The translations under genes were made by a program, and so were the position numbers. From positions 10,106,001 to 10,170,000 of the forward strand of contig NC_042999.1 in the NCBI RefSeq assembly GCF_006345805.1: DNA of 64,000 bases. The letters are read 5' to 3'. This DNA comes from Octopus sinensis. Its lineage: Eukaryota. The notes beneath the pieces were generated by a model. It was not told the DNA's origin. It did no database searches and saw only the letters and a list, made by a program, of their open reading frames with translations. Positions 1-11,476 of this stretch are shown in pieces (positions within the stretch are counted from its first letter, which is position 1; each line of letters opens with the position of its first letter).

Positions 1-1250
1 CCTTTTTTTTTACCCAAATATCGATTATAACGGTCGGTGATCAGTCTGTAACCGATAACTTCTACCGTGCAAAAATCTGTGAAATTTTTCATGGCAAAAA
101 TGATCGCTAGAGCTTCTTTCTCGATTTAACTATAATTTTTTTTCTGCTGATTTCAGAGAATATGAGGCATGAACCGCCGCCTTCACGTTACCATCTCTAT
201 ATTTACGTAACATTACTGATCCTATTCAGAAGCTACAACAATCTCCGATGCAGGATCGAATTGAGCTAACGACAAATCAGATATTTTTTAAATTTCGTCA
301 GACACCTTTTGACAATTTTCTGATCAATTCCATTTCACATCTTTTTACAGCCCTAACCGTATGCATATTTGGAATATAATTTTGGTTATAATTTGTCAGT
401 CCAAAAAATGCTATATTAGTCGAAGGAGGCGCATTTTTAATTGCGTCTGCCCTCCACGGGTCAGCTCGTCGTCCATTTCTATCAATAATTTGTCCTAAAT
501 ATCTTATTTCCAGTAAAACAATATTCACTTTTCTTCACTCAACATAAAACCGTAATCCTTAATTTTTTTCAAATATATATTTTACCTGCTCGGCGTGTTG
601 ATCGCTGGATTCGCTTTATATATCATCCATAAATGGAATTACGAATTCAGAGTCCGCTAACATTGCATCCATAATCTGTTGAAGAATCACTGGTGTGACT
701 TTTAAACCAGATGGCAACCTGTTGTAACTTATACAGTAGCTTATGTGTGTTGACTGTTTCGAGAATTCATCGTCTTTTAGTAAATTCAAACACTTTCCAT
801 GAGAACTGAACAGGGATCTTCTCTCACTGAAAAATTTCGATAAGAATTTGTTTCATCGAAACAAATTTCACATGGCTCACAGAATGTAGTTACGATATTT
901 TCCGTATTCGGTTGGGGATAACTTTCTTAAAAGTAGTCGTACCTTTCCATTGTCCGTCCAGTTTTTGCATTCCTCTTTCAAGACTTCTTCATATCTTCGG
1001 AAATATGCAGAAAAAGTAATACCTTCTTCTGGATTATAATTAATTTCTGCCATTGCGTTTGCTACGCCGTCTGGCGAGAACGAACTTGAAAGTATTTTTG
1101 GACTTCCAACATTAATTCCAGCAACTGTTGGTATTGTTGTAATTGCTGTTGTTGCACCACGGACGCTAATAAGTCTTTCAGCTCAACTAATTTTCCGTTG
1201 ATTTTGTATCAAAAGAAAATGTTAACGTCCAACGTAAGCTTGGAATAAAC
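1..1250 (-). mobile_element. Decayed Ty3/Gypsy LTR-retrotransposon pol remnant (RT + RNase H)
   Basis: Minus-strand translation gives RLPSGLKVTPVILQQIMDAMLADSEFVIPFMDDI (RT motif with YxDD-like FMDD at 622-633), IRYLGQIIDRNGRRADP (RT C-terminus, ORF 298-528) and NYS*IEKEALAIIFAMK (RNase H, ~85-140). Multiple stops and frameshifts. 5' limit approximate. Confidence 0.85.
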
Positions 1251-1524
1251 TCGCCGCCACTTTTATAGTCTTCTATAAGTTGGATAAGCAAATTTCACGA
1301 AGCGGAGACAGACACAAATGTCTTCAAACGACGGGTTTCAAATCCCTCCACTAAACACGATGCTGCAAATAAATACAAACTTGCAACCATCTCAACGACT
1401 TCCACGACCTTTTTCTCAAACCTACAGGGGTGGCCAGGACTCGCTTCAATAGATGTGTGTGTGTACGCACATCTCTCTTCCCCACTATATATATATATAT
1501 ATAATATATAATATATATATATAT

Positions 1525-1735
1525 ACCGGAGTAAACACATAAATGTGAAACAAGGTGGAAAAAAGAGTACTCAAATACCAGTGGTAGAGTAATATGCTTT
1601 ATTTTAAGCAGCAGAAAATTCAACAAAATCTGTTACTCTGAGTTTCTCGTTGCCGTTCATCAGACAGTCTGATGAACGGCAACGAGAAACTCAGAGTAAC
1701 AGGTTTTGTTGAATTTTCTGCTGCTTAAAATAAAG
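1525..1735. mobile_element. Penelope-like-element-derived terminal fragment with 139-bp fold-back palindrome (1597-1735)
   Basis: Arms 1597-1665 and 1667-1735 are reverse complements with one mismatch, centred on A1666. The upstream ~75 bp is clearly similar to 6780-6860. Flanked by (TA)n. The PLE assignment is inferred from the embedded HHR and the inverted architecture. Confidence 0.6.
1630..1667 (-). ncRNA. Minimal type-I hammerhead ribozyme motif
   Basis: Minus strand reads CTGT-CTGATGA-ACGGCAACGA-GAAA-CTCAGAG-TA-ACAG. Stem I is 4 bp, core CUGAUGA/GAAA is intact, stem II is short (CG-GCAA-CG with an A.A closing mismatch), stem III is CTC-A-GAG, cleavage triplet GUA. Confidence 0.7.
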
Positions 1736-1877
1736 TATATATATATATATATAATATATATATATATACATATATAATAAAAAAAGGGTAATAACATAGA
1801 TTACTACCAGTGGCCCAGCACAAAAGACGAATTAGTCATTAGACAAAATATCATTCATATAGAAATATATATATATA

Positions 1878-2220
1878 AGTGGTTGTGTGTAAAGTAGCTT
1901 GCTTACCAACCACATGGTTCTGGGTTCAATCCCACTGCGTGTCACCTTGAGCAAGTGTCTTCTACTATAGCCTCGGGCCGACCAAAGCCTTGTGAGTGGA
2001 TTTGGTAGACGGAAACTGAAAGAATCCCGTCGTATATATGTGTATGTGTGTCAGTTTGTCCCCCCGCCACCATCGCTTGTCAACCGATGCTGGTGCTTTT
2101 ACGTCCCCGTAACTTAGCGGTTCGGCAAAAGAGACCGATAGAATAAGTACTAGGCTTACAAAGAATAAGTCCTGGGGTCTATTTGCTCGACTAAAGGCGG
2201 TGCCCCAGTATGGCTGCAGT
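1878..2220 (+). mobile_element. tRNA-derived SINE, family A
   Basis: tRNA-like head with A/B-box-like motifs (GGTTCAATCCC), central CACCTTGAGCAAGTGTCTTCT core, internal (TA)/(TG) tract, 3' GGCGGTGC..CAG.ATGGC.GCAGT tail. More than 10 homologous copies in the window. Confidence 0.85.
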
Positions 2221-3166
2221 ACTACCTTTTACTTGTTTTAGAGTGTGTGTGTGTGGTGTGTGGTGTGTGTATATATATAATATATATATATATTATATAT
2301 ATATATTATATATTACTCTTTTACTTGTTTCAGTCATTTGACTGCGGCCATGCAGGAGCACCGCCTTTATTTATATATATATATATATATATATAATACA
2401 CACATACATACATACATACATACATACATACACACTCGCTCACACACATATGTATGCATGAATGTGAGCGTTATCTCGTGTGTGCGTGTGTGTGTGTAGA
2501 ATGTGGTGTGTAGCCCGGTTTGTTAAATCAGAAATGACATTGTTTTATAATCTCGTTCCGTCGTTTGGTTTTTTTAATATTTTTTTTTCCAAGCTATCAT
2601 CTGAACCCTTCGCTCATCCCACAAGTTCCCGGCCTCTCCCTGCTCACCCCCACCGCTTCTTCTTCCGCTTCTACCCGCCCTCTTTGCCCCGCATAACAAA
2701 CTACCCGGGGGTAAACATCTTCAATGACTGCCGGTATTACCCTTTACCATTCCTCAACCAGGCCTCGCAGCCACGAATGAAATGGCGGCTGTAAGCAACC
2801 TGCCATTACTTTCTTCTTCCTTCGCTGTAATACAAAACCACATCATCAAAGGCTGGTGGCAACATCGCCATCATTAGCTTTTCACAGCAACCCCCCACCC
2901 TTTTCTTTTCTCTCCTTCACATCAATAACGGCTAATTTGCCTCTTATGGGGACCATCCCTCACCTTCACAAATCTTTCTCCTTCCGCGCACGCGCACACA
3001 AGTAGACCTTATACACACACACTCATGCGTATTAATCTGCCTTTGTTGATCTCGCCTTTACTTTCCCTGTCTTTGTGTCTGTCTGTTGGCCTGCCCGCCT
3101 GCTTGTCTGTCTGTGCATAGACCTACGGACGGATCTGTCTGTCTGTCTGTCTACTCCTCTTTCTGT

Positions 3167-3214
<48 letters not shown>

Positions 3215-3981
3215 ACAAAGAGTGAAGAGAATATGTATGTTTGCACGGGTGCATATCCACACACACACACACACAAACACCTATTAGAAATCGATAAATA
3301 CAAGTATTCACATATAAAGATCTATCTATCAGTCTCTCTCTCTGATAGTGTAGCTGTCTGTTGACTGTCAATCTGTCTGTCTCTCCGTCATCCTATCTGC
3401 TTCTGTGTGTGTGTGTGTGTGTGTGTATTACGTGATGTACCACGCTCGAGAGGAGCGGGTCTTGACAAGTGTACGTTTATGAGTACACACACACACCACA
3501 CATATATATATATATATAATATATATATATTATATATATATATATATGCACACACATGCATGGGTACAGGACGTCACCAACGGTTCCCCTTCTCTCCTCA
3601 TTCGACTTTTTTCAGTCAAACATTTAACCCCTTAATTCTCCCAATCCCTTCTCCTTACCATTATCCTCCTACCTTCGCCCTCCATCATCATCATCATCAT
3701 CATCATCACGAACATTATGAAAATAGTGCTGACGGTGATGTTCACCCTGATGGCTTCCGCAAAAGTAGCAGATTAGCAAAATGATTGTAGTGATGGTGGT
3801 GGTTATTTAACTCCAGGTGAAGTTTCTGATCGACCAGACACATGATCGAACACGTTACAGCCGTGACCATCACAAACATATACACTCGCGCACACAAATA
3901 TACATACATGCTCACATACATTCATATATATATACACAGATACCCGTATACGCACAAATATACATACATACACACACATAC

Positions 3982-4165
3982 GAAGTTGACCATACTGAGA
4001 TCGATGAGTCAAAAGTCTACTGGTCAAACTTAGAAATTAAAACCGCCAACAAGTTAAAATACAACCGACCAGATATTGTGTGGAACCACAAAGAAAGTAT
4101 ATGTTCTGTTGTAAAAAGCAGCCGCCCTCTCGACGCGAACGTGGCGTCGAGAGGGAACCAATTCA
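3982..4165 (+). mobile_element. Fragment of restriction-like endonuclease (REL) domain of an R2-superfamily LINE
   Basis: Translation SKVYWSNLEIKTANKLKYNRPDIVWNHKESICSVV contains the REL N-R-P-D-I-V motif at 4063-4080. Confidence 0.7.
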
Positions 4166-4862
4166 AAATTGGATCAACTTTAACTTATAACATCTTTCCG
4201 GAGCCGATAAAATATTGTACTCGTCAACTCAATCCCTGCCCTTAAAATTGTTGACTTTGTGCTTAAATTAGAGAGAAATATAGAGTGGATAGGTGGCTGG
4301 GGTGGATTGGTCGAGTGGTCAGAGCTTATGAACTCAGGTCACGGATGCTTCTTCCTCCTATAAATGTCGAGACATTTGCTCATAAAGACATTTGTTGGGG
4401 GTTGTATATTAAAGATATAAGTTAACACAGAGTTCATCCGATGACTTTCGTTTAATTCCAGATTAGAACGATTTCAATTCATCGATGAGGCTTTGCTATT
4501 GGGGAAATACTTGGATATCATAAAATCTTTTCCCGTTAAAAACTCAGGTTTATGAGAAGCCTAGAATGAGAAATGGATAATTGTTCCCTGTAAGAAAATT
4601 TAAAATTCCTCGAACCAGTGACGGGAAATAGTTTACAAAAGCCACTCGAGTTTATTTATAATAATAAAACAGATATTTGAACATTTACAAAAAACAATTG
4701 AACGTTTAGGAAAAAAAACATCTGAGCTTTGCTGGTCTTAAGAATGGAAACCGTTTGTTCTAAATGGTAAATCTTTGTATAGGACACCCACGGTAACAAA
4801 AATGAGACGAGTCCAGTAAAAGAACTTTTATTTGAACGTTCGACTTACAATAAATAACGGAA

Positions 4863-5074
4863 GGCGGGGAACTGGCAGCAACGTTAGCACGCTGGGCGAA
4901 ATGTCTAGCGTTTCGTCTGTCTTTTCGTTCTGAGTTCAAATTCCTCCGAGGTCGACTTCACCTTTCATCCCTTCGGAGTCGATAAATTAAGTACCAGTTG
5001 CGTACTGAGGTCGATGTAATCGACTGGATCTTCCCCCAAAATTTCGGGCCTTGTGCCTAGAGTAGAAAAGAATA
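4863..5074 (+). mobile_element. tRNA-derived SINE, family B
   Basis: GGCGG.GA.CTGGCAG head, B-box-like GAGTTCAAATTCC, body CCTTTCATCC.TTCGG.GTCGATAAATTAAGTACCAG. Many copies in the window. Confidence 0.85.
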
Positions 5075-5089
5075 AATAACGACCAGCGA

Positions 5090-5345
5090 GGCATCATTAA
5101 GATCTGGTGACCGGACAGAATGTTGAATCAAGAAATTCCGAAAAGAGAATAGAGCTGGATCGGTCACATTCTAAGGAGACAAGACGAGTGTTAGACTAGG
5201 AACCTCGAGGAAAGTTGGATGACTTAAGAAGGACATGGAAAGGATGTGCGGCGGATGAAGCAGAAGCAGTCAGCCTCTCCTAGTCTGAGATCAACGAGAA
5301 AGCCCAAGATCGCATCCACTGGCATCGAATTTGGTCGTAACGGAG
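5090..5345 (+). mobile_element. RTE-clade LINE 3' remnant
   Basis: Degenerate translation includes SWIGHILRR and AQDRIHWHR, typical of the RTE ORF C-terminus. Confidence 0.65.
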
Positions 5346-5446
5346 TAAGGCGGACTAAATCTCCCTTGTAATCATTCACTGCTACTTCAGAAAAGGGCAC
5401 ATTGAACAGGTTGGTCGTAGGTGGACAGGGTGTGGGATAAATATGA

Positions 5447-5554
5447 GATGAAAGGCAAGGTCGACCTCGGCGGAATTTGAACTCAGAACGTAGCGGCAGA
5501 CGAAATACCGCTAAACATTTCGCCCGGCGTGCTAACGATTCTGCCAGCTCGCCG
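5447..5554 (-). mobile_element. SINE family B, 5' half
   Basis: Reverse complement of the family B head. Confidence 0.8.
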
Positions 5555-6252
5555 CATTGTTGGTGGTAACAACCGGGGACGGATTGAACCTGTTAGCGTT
5601 CTTCCTTCTCATCATCATCATCATCATCATCGTTCCTCTCCTGCCTCGTCGTCCTTACTCTCTCTCTCTCTCTCCCAGAATCCTCAACAGATACAGCAGA
5701 AAAAAAACAGTGAATCAAACGAAAAAACACATGAAACCGATTTGTGGTGTTGTTATTGTGGTTTTATTGATCTTGTTAGAATGAAAGGATGGAAAAGAAA
5801 AGAAAAACAACAACACAAAGCAAGAAAGGAGAAATGAAAATAAAGAGGAAGGAAAAAAAAACCACCATTCATTCATCGATCGAAACGGATGAAAGTTATT
5901 TGAATAAAGTTAATAAGGGAGAGAAAAAGAAAAAAAAAAGAAAAAACAGAAAAGGAATCGGGTGTCCACCACTCGTGTCTGGACATGCAGTTGAGGAATA
6001 ACTGGGGATGGTCAACGATTTCACTTCCGAAAACATCGATACCGTTTCCGGTTATTGCTTCTTGCTGTTTTGAGAATCTTTCAAGTAGGTTTGTTTGTTT
6101 GTTTGTTTATTGTGTCAGCCAAGGAAACAACAACAACAACAACAATACCAACCACACACAGCTTTAGTAATTAATTCTACGGAGTAAGAAAGATCAGATG
6201 AAAGAAATCTGAAGAAAAATCAGTATATGGAATAATATATATATATATATAT

Positions 6253-6283
<31 letters not shown>

Positions 6284-6449
6284 TATAATATATATATATA
6301 AATGTGGCATTGTCCGTTTAATTAGAAAATTCTATATGTGGCTGAAGATTGATCGACATTTTAAAACTGATGTAATACTTACAGTGTTTAATAAAATGAA
6401 GTAGCATGAAACGATTGTACCTTGGATTTCCTTGTTGCTTATTTTGATT

Positions 6450-6580
6450 ATAATCACCCCATTTGATTTATATGGATAATACCATACCAAATTCTGGTGC
6501 CTTTAACTTAAGTACCATATTCATCTGAAAAGATATATATATACATACATATATATATGCACACACACACATATTGTATA

Positions 6581-6634
<54 letters not shown>

Positions 6635-6717
6635 CAAAATAATCACCCATTTGAATTATATGGATAATACCATACCAAATTCTGGTGCCTTTAACTTAAG
6701 CACCATATTCATCTGAA
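6450..6717. repeat. ~80-bp direct duplication (6450-6529 and 6639-6717) separated by a (TA)n tract
   Basis: ATAATCACCC..ATTTG..TTATATGGATAATACCATACCAAATTCTGGTGCCTTTAACTTAAG.ACCATATTCATCTGAA occurs twice with about 3 differences. Confidence 0.9.
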
Positions 6718-6735
6718 TCTAAATTTTGCTGAACT

Positions 6736-6768
<33 letters not shown>

Positions 6769-6779
6769 GTGTGTGTGTA

Positions 6780-6991
6780 TACCAGAGTGAGTACATAAAT
6801 ATGAAACAAGGTGGTTAAAAATAGTACTCGAATACCGGAGGTAGAGTAATAAGCTTTATTAATAAAACTTACAAAGACATCACAAAAACTGTTGCTCAGA
6901 GTTTCGTTCTAAACCAAAACTGTCCGACGAACTTGAAAGTGAAACTCTGAGTTACAGTTTTTGGGATGTCTTTGCAGCTTTATTAATAAAG
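6780..6991. mobile_element. Second copy of the Penelope-like terminal fragment family, with ~50-bp inverted arms
   Basis: 6780-6860 is homologous to 1525-1603. Arms 6854-6905 and 6941-6991 are imperfect reverse complements around a ~35-bp spacer. Confidence 0.6.
6916..6961 (+). ncRNA. Type-I hammerhead-like motif with U4C core variant
   Basis: AAAACTGT-CCGACGA-ACTTGAAAGT-GAAA-CTCTGAG-TT-ACAGTTTT. Stem I 8 bp, stem II 3 bp, stem III CTC-T-GAG, triplet GUU. Core is CCGACGA rather than CUGANGA. Confidence 0.6.
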
Positions 6992-7959
6992 TATATATAT
7001 ATATATATATATATACATACGTATACATGCATGTATGTATGCACGTGTACACACACATATGGATTAATTTTGTGCATCGTATTAATCCGTAGCGGATACA
7101 AATGGTTGCTTATCTCAGCATTCGTGTGAAATTGAACTTAAATTTACACGTATGTGTGCATGTTTATACGACGGACACGGACATGGTGGGGGGTCTTCTT
7201 CACAATCATGGGAACTTGGGTTCGATTCCGCTGCATCACATCTTAGGTTCACTAGGGTTTTTTTTATGTTTCTGTTTTCTTTTCTTTTCTTTACTTTAAA
7301 AAAATTTTTTTTTTTTTTACCACAACTTCAAGTCGACCCAAATCTTCTGAGCTGAAATGAGTTGACGGAAACCATTTGGAAGCGTGATGGACGCACTTTT
7401 CCTGTATTTCAAACGGGGTGCAACCTTCGGACACAATGTCTCACGGTGATTACACCTGAGGATTCTGTTATGGGGCACACATTTCTGAGGAGTATTCAGC
7501 CACTTACACGTTGGTTCAACGAATAGATAAGCTCAATTGGTCGAAGAACTTAACGCTCCTCGTCGTCAACCGACAGAGGATCATCTATCATGATTTTCAA
7601 TGAGCTGCTAAATAAGGAACCGTTAAATAATGCCAAAAATACTTCGTTAACGACCAAAATATTCTTATGAAGGGTTAAAGTCAAAAATAAAAAAAAACTT
7701 TATTACCGAAAATTGCATAAGAAATATTTTTATTAATTAGAATGTTCATCTGTGGTTAATTGTATAATTAAAAAGTAAACATTAATGATTAATGGTAGTT
7801 TAGACATTTTAACACTGAAATAGAAAAAAGGTGAGCGAAAATATTAATTAGTATAAAATATAATTAGTAATTACGATTTCATTCATAATTTATTTGCTTG
7901 GTTTTTTTTTAGTGTTTTTTTTTACTAACTTATATCAAACCATGCAAAGTTTTATTGTA

Positions 7960-8140
7960 GAAGAAGAAGAGGACGAACAGGAGGAGGAAGTGGAGGGGAA
8001 AGAAGAAGAAGAAGAAGAAGAAGAAGAAGAGGAAGGGGAAGAAGAGCAGGTGGAGGAAGAGGAGGGGAAGAAGAAGAAGAGCAGGTGGAGGAAGAGAAGG
8101 GGAAGAAGAAGAAAAAGAAGAAGAAGAAGAAGAAGAAGAA
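7960..8140. repeat. (GAA)n/(GGA)n purine-rich low-complexity tract
   Basis: Direct reading; explains the poly-E/poly-R ORFs. Confidence 0.9.
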
Positions 8141-8395
8141 ACCCTTTAAGCCACACAAGTCATATCCATTACAGTTGTTTCCTGTTTATTATTTTTTTTC
8201 TTTTCTCTTCCAAATTCCAAACCATTTTCCTTCCATTTTCTTCATTTGCAATTTTCCATTCTTGTTTCGTTTCACATCGAGATTTTTCAGTCGCGCCATA
8301 TTTTGTTTTATTCTCAACACGTGATGTCATCATTATTTCGCTTTATTTTCAATAAAGATGGCGCCACTTGTTGCTGCTGCTGCTAATAAATCACA

Positions 8396-8495
8396 NNNNN
8401 NNNNNNNNNNNNNNNNNNNNNNNNNNNNNNNNNNNNNNNNNNNNNNNNNNNNNNNNNNNNNNNNNNNNNNNNNNNNNNNNNNNNNNNNNNNNNNN
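8396..8495. other. Assembly gap (100 N)
   Basis: Run of N. Confidence 1.
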
Positions 8496-9240
8496 CCATT
8501 CTTTTAGAGACACGTTGTCATCTGCCGGTATTGATACATCAATTAGAAAGCATTTTTTTTCTTCATGATCCCTGAAAACTATATCTGGTCTGTTGGCCTT
8601 AATTTTTCTATCTGTGTGTATTGGCATATCCCAGAGTATGGTTGCAATCTCGTTTATTTCGTCTGTGACCTTTTCTGGTGTGTGCCTACACCATCTTTTT
8701 CTGTTGTTACTCCATAATGTTGGCATAGCTTCCAGTGTATGTAGGTTCCAACTCTGTCGTGTCTGTGAATATATTCCTTCTTAGCCAGGACTGGGCAGCT
8801 AGAGATAATATGATTTATTGTTTCTTGTCCATCTCCACATATTCTGAAGTTACTTGTTATATTTCTTTTCATTATATGTTTTTGGTAATTTCTGGTGGGG
8901 AGGCTTTGGTCTTGTGCTGCAATTAAAAATCCCTCTGTTTCTGCTTTGAGTCCTGAGATTCTCAACCATTGCTGGGATTTTTCTTTGTCTATTTCTTTTC
9001 CATTTAGTTTAGTCCAGTATTTGCCATGAAGGGGCTTTTCTTGCCATCGTTTTATCATGGTCCGTTACTGTTCTAGTTTTAGTTTGGATTTCATTTGTTT
9101 TATAGCTTTTGTTGTTTCTTCTTCTTCATATTTGTTAGGTAATATGATTTCTTGTTTGTAGTTGTCAGCTTCCTTAAATACTGAAAACAGTTTTTTTGTT
9201 TTGCTCGTGTTTTGTGGCTATTTGTATTAGTTTCCCTCGC
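8496..9240 (-). mobile_element. R4/Dong-clade LINE fragment (post-RT, CCHC knuckle, REL endonuclease)
   Basis: WQEKPLHGKY, ETEGFLIAAQDQSLPTRNY, RICGDGQETINHIISSC, RHDRVG and ILWDMPIHTDRKIKANRPDIVFRDHEEKKCFLIDVSIP, across frameshifted ORFs 8654-9058 and 8391-8726. Confidence 0.92.
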
Positions 9241-9467
9241 TTCTGAAGTAGGTATTGTTATTATCATTATTATTATTATTATTATTATTATTGCTACACA
9301 CATAGATGGAATGTTAAACATTGAACTTTAGAAGTTTGCATATTTTTACTGTTAGGTTTAAAGATTTGTGCCTGTGTGTGCGCATATGCATTATCTACAT
9401 TAAATATTATATATCCATACACATATGGCTGGGTGAATATATATTTGTGTACATATATCATCATCAT

Positions 9468-9680
9468 CATCATCGTTTAACGTCCGTTTTCCGCGCTACC
9501 ACGGGTTGGACGGTTCGACCGGGGTCTGGGAAGCCAGGAGGCTGCATCAGGCTCCAGTCTGATCAGGCAGTGTTTCTACAGCTGGATGCCCTTCCTAACG
9601 CCAACCACTCCGAGAGTGTAGTGGGTGTGCTACACTCACGGAGTGGTTGGCATTAGGAAGGGCATCCACATGTAGAAACA
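9468..9680. mobile_element. RTE-tail-type SINE copy folded back on an inverted partial copy
   Basis: Contains the GGATGCCCTTCC..CGCCAACC motif. 9571-9621 and 9630-9680 are reverse complements with 4 mismatches in 51 bp. Confidence 0.7.
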
Positions 9681-9687
9681 CACACAC

Positions 9688-9732
<45 letters not shown>

Positions 9733-10169
9733 ATATATGTAATATGTAGATGCATATATATATGTGTGTGTGTGTGTATAAACATTTATATATATACATG
9801 TGTATATAATATGTATGCATATATATTCTCACACAAGTGAGAATACATTTGATGGTTGAGCTTGTGACAATTAGACAATTAGAATAGGAGAGTAAAAAGG
9901 TGAGTGAGTGCAGGAGAGAGGCAGGGAAAGGAGAAGAGAGGGAAGGAGTGGTGATGTCAGCGAAGGAGGAGCAAAATAAATGTTAGTGGAAGTACGAGGT
10001 GTTTGTCACACTGCTCCGAATGATAAGCGGGAAAAAGAGTGCGTGAGTGTGTGTGGGGGAGTGGGGGATATTGAGATGAGAGTGACACCGAGGAAAGGAT
10101 ACCACAAGGGTTCAAGTTCTCATCAAACTGAAAGAAGGAATAGTTTCTGCAAAGATATATATATGTGTA

Positions 10170-10201
<32 letters not shown>

Positions 10202-10215
10202 AGTATTATATATAT

Positions 10216-10285
<70 letters not shown>

Positions 10286-10771
10286 GTATATATATTATAT
10301 ATACATGTATATATATATATATATATACATGTATAGTAGAAGAAATAGCTATAACCCTTTGACTATAACCCTTTTTAGTAGAAGAAATAGCTATAACCCT
10401 TTGACTGCTATTTCTAAATTCGGTATGTGGTAAGGCAATTCGTTGCTAAACCCTTTATTGCTTAGTATTACTTAAATTTTCCTCGAATGAGGCTTTTACA
10501 TGCCGAAGACTACTTGGTGTAATTGATAATTATTCCAAATTAATTAATTTCACCCTTCATTATTACGGATAACCATATTTTATCTCAGTAGATGACCACA
10601 GCATCTTGTTTTGGCTACACGCGGGTGGGAAGGGGGTGTGACACAATCGTTTCATTCACAAATTGAATTCGGTGATACTAGTTGCGGATTCTAGCTCGCT
10701 CTGATACTGAGTTGAGTTGGTGCCTTCTAGTATCTCAAAATTCAATATATAATCATTTATGATTATAGTAT

Positions 10772-10877
10772 TCTACGCTGAAGAGAAAAGAAGTTTCGGT
10801 AAGATAGAATTATTAATATTTAATATTTAATTCTTATGCTTTCCTAAAAACTTGATTTCGAAACGTACGTCCGTAGA
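10772..10877 (+). ncRNA. Type-I hammerhead ribozyme (copy 1), long stem II, palindromic stem III
   Basis: TCTACG-CTGAAGA-[G...C 75-nt stem II]-GAAA-CGTACG-TC-CGTAGA. Stem I 6 bp, canonical core, G10.1-C11.1 pair, stem III ACGTACGT palindrome, GUC cleavage after 10871. Confidence 0.9.
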
Positions 10878-11369
10878 TAACTTAAAAATGTATGATAGAT
10901 TGCAGTCAATTCATTCTCTCTTACCTGTTTGTGTCTGCCTTCCAATTGCTGTTTTACTGAGATCTCCCTTTTTAGTAGAAGAAATAGCTATAACCCTTTG
11001 ACTGCTATTTCTAAATTCGGTATGTGGTAAGGCAATTCGTTGCTAAACCCTTTATTGCTTAGTATTACTTAAATTTTCCTCGAATGAGGCTTTTACATGC
11101 CGAAGACTACTTGGTGTAATTGATAATTATTCCAAATTAATTAATTTCACCCTTCATTATTACGGATAACCATATTTTATCTCAGTAGATGACCACAGCA
11201 TCTTGTTTTGGCTACACGCGGGTGGGAAGGGGCTGGTGACACAATCGTTTCATTCACAAATTGAATTCGGTGATACTAGTTGCGGATTCTAGCTCGCTCT
11301 GATACTGAGTTGAGTTGGTGCCTTCTAGTATCTCAAAATTCAATATATAATCATTTATGATTATAGTAT

Positions 11370-11476
11370 TCTACGCTGAAGAGAAAAGAAGTTTCGGTAA
11401 GATAGAATTATTTAATATTTAATATTTAATTCTTATGCTTTCCTAAAAACTTGATTTCGAAACGTACGTCCGTAGA
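11370..11476 (+). ncRNA. Type-I hammerhead ribozyme (copy 2)
   Basis: Same fold as copy 1 with one extra T in the stem II loop. GUC cleavage after 11470. Confidence 0.9.

Noticed and set aside
3716-3775. Signal-peptide-like short ORF MKIVLTVMFTLMASAKVAD* (similar case at ~24999)
   Set aside because: No credible donor or downstream exon.
7894-8355. Poly-E/poly-R ORF resembling an acidic protein
   Set aside because: It is a (GAA)n tract with no credible splice or start context.
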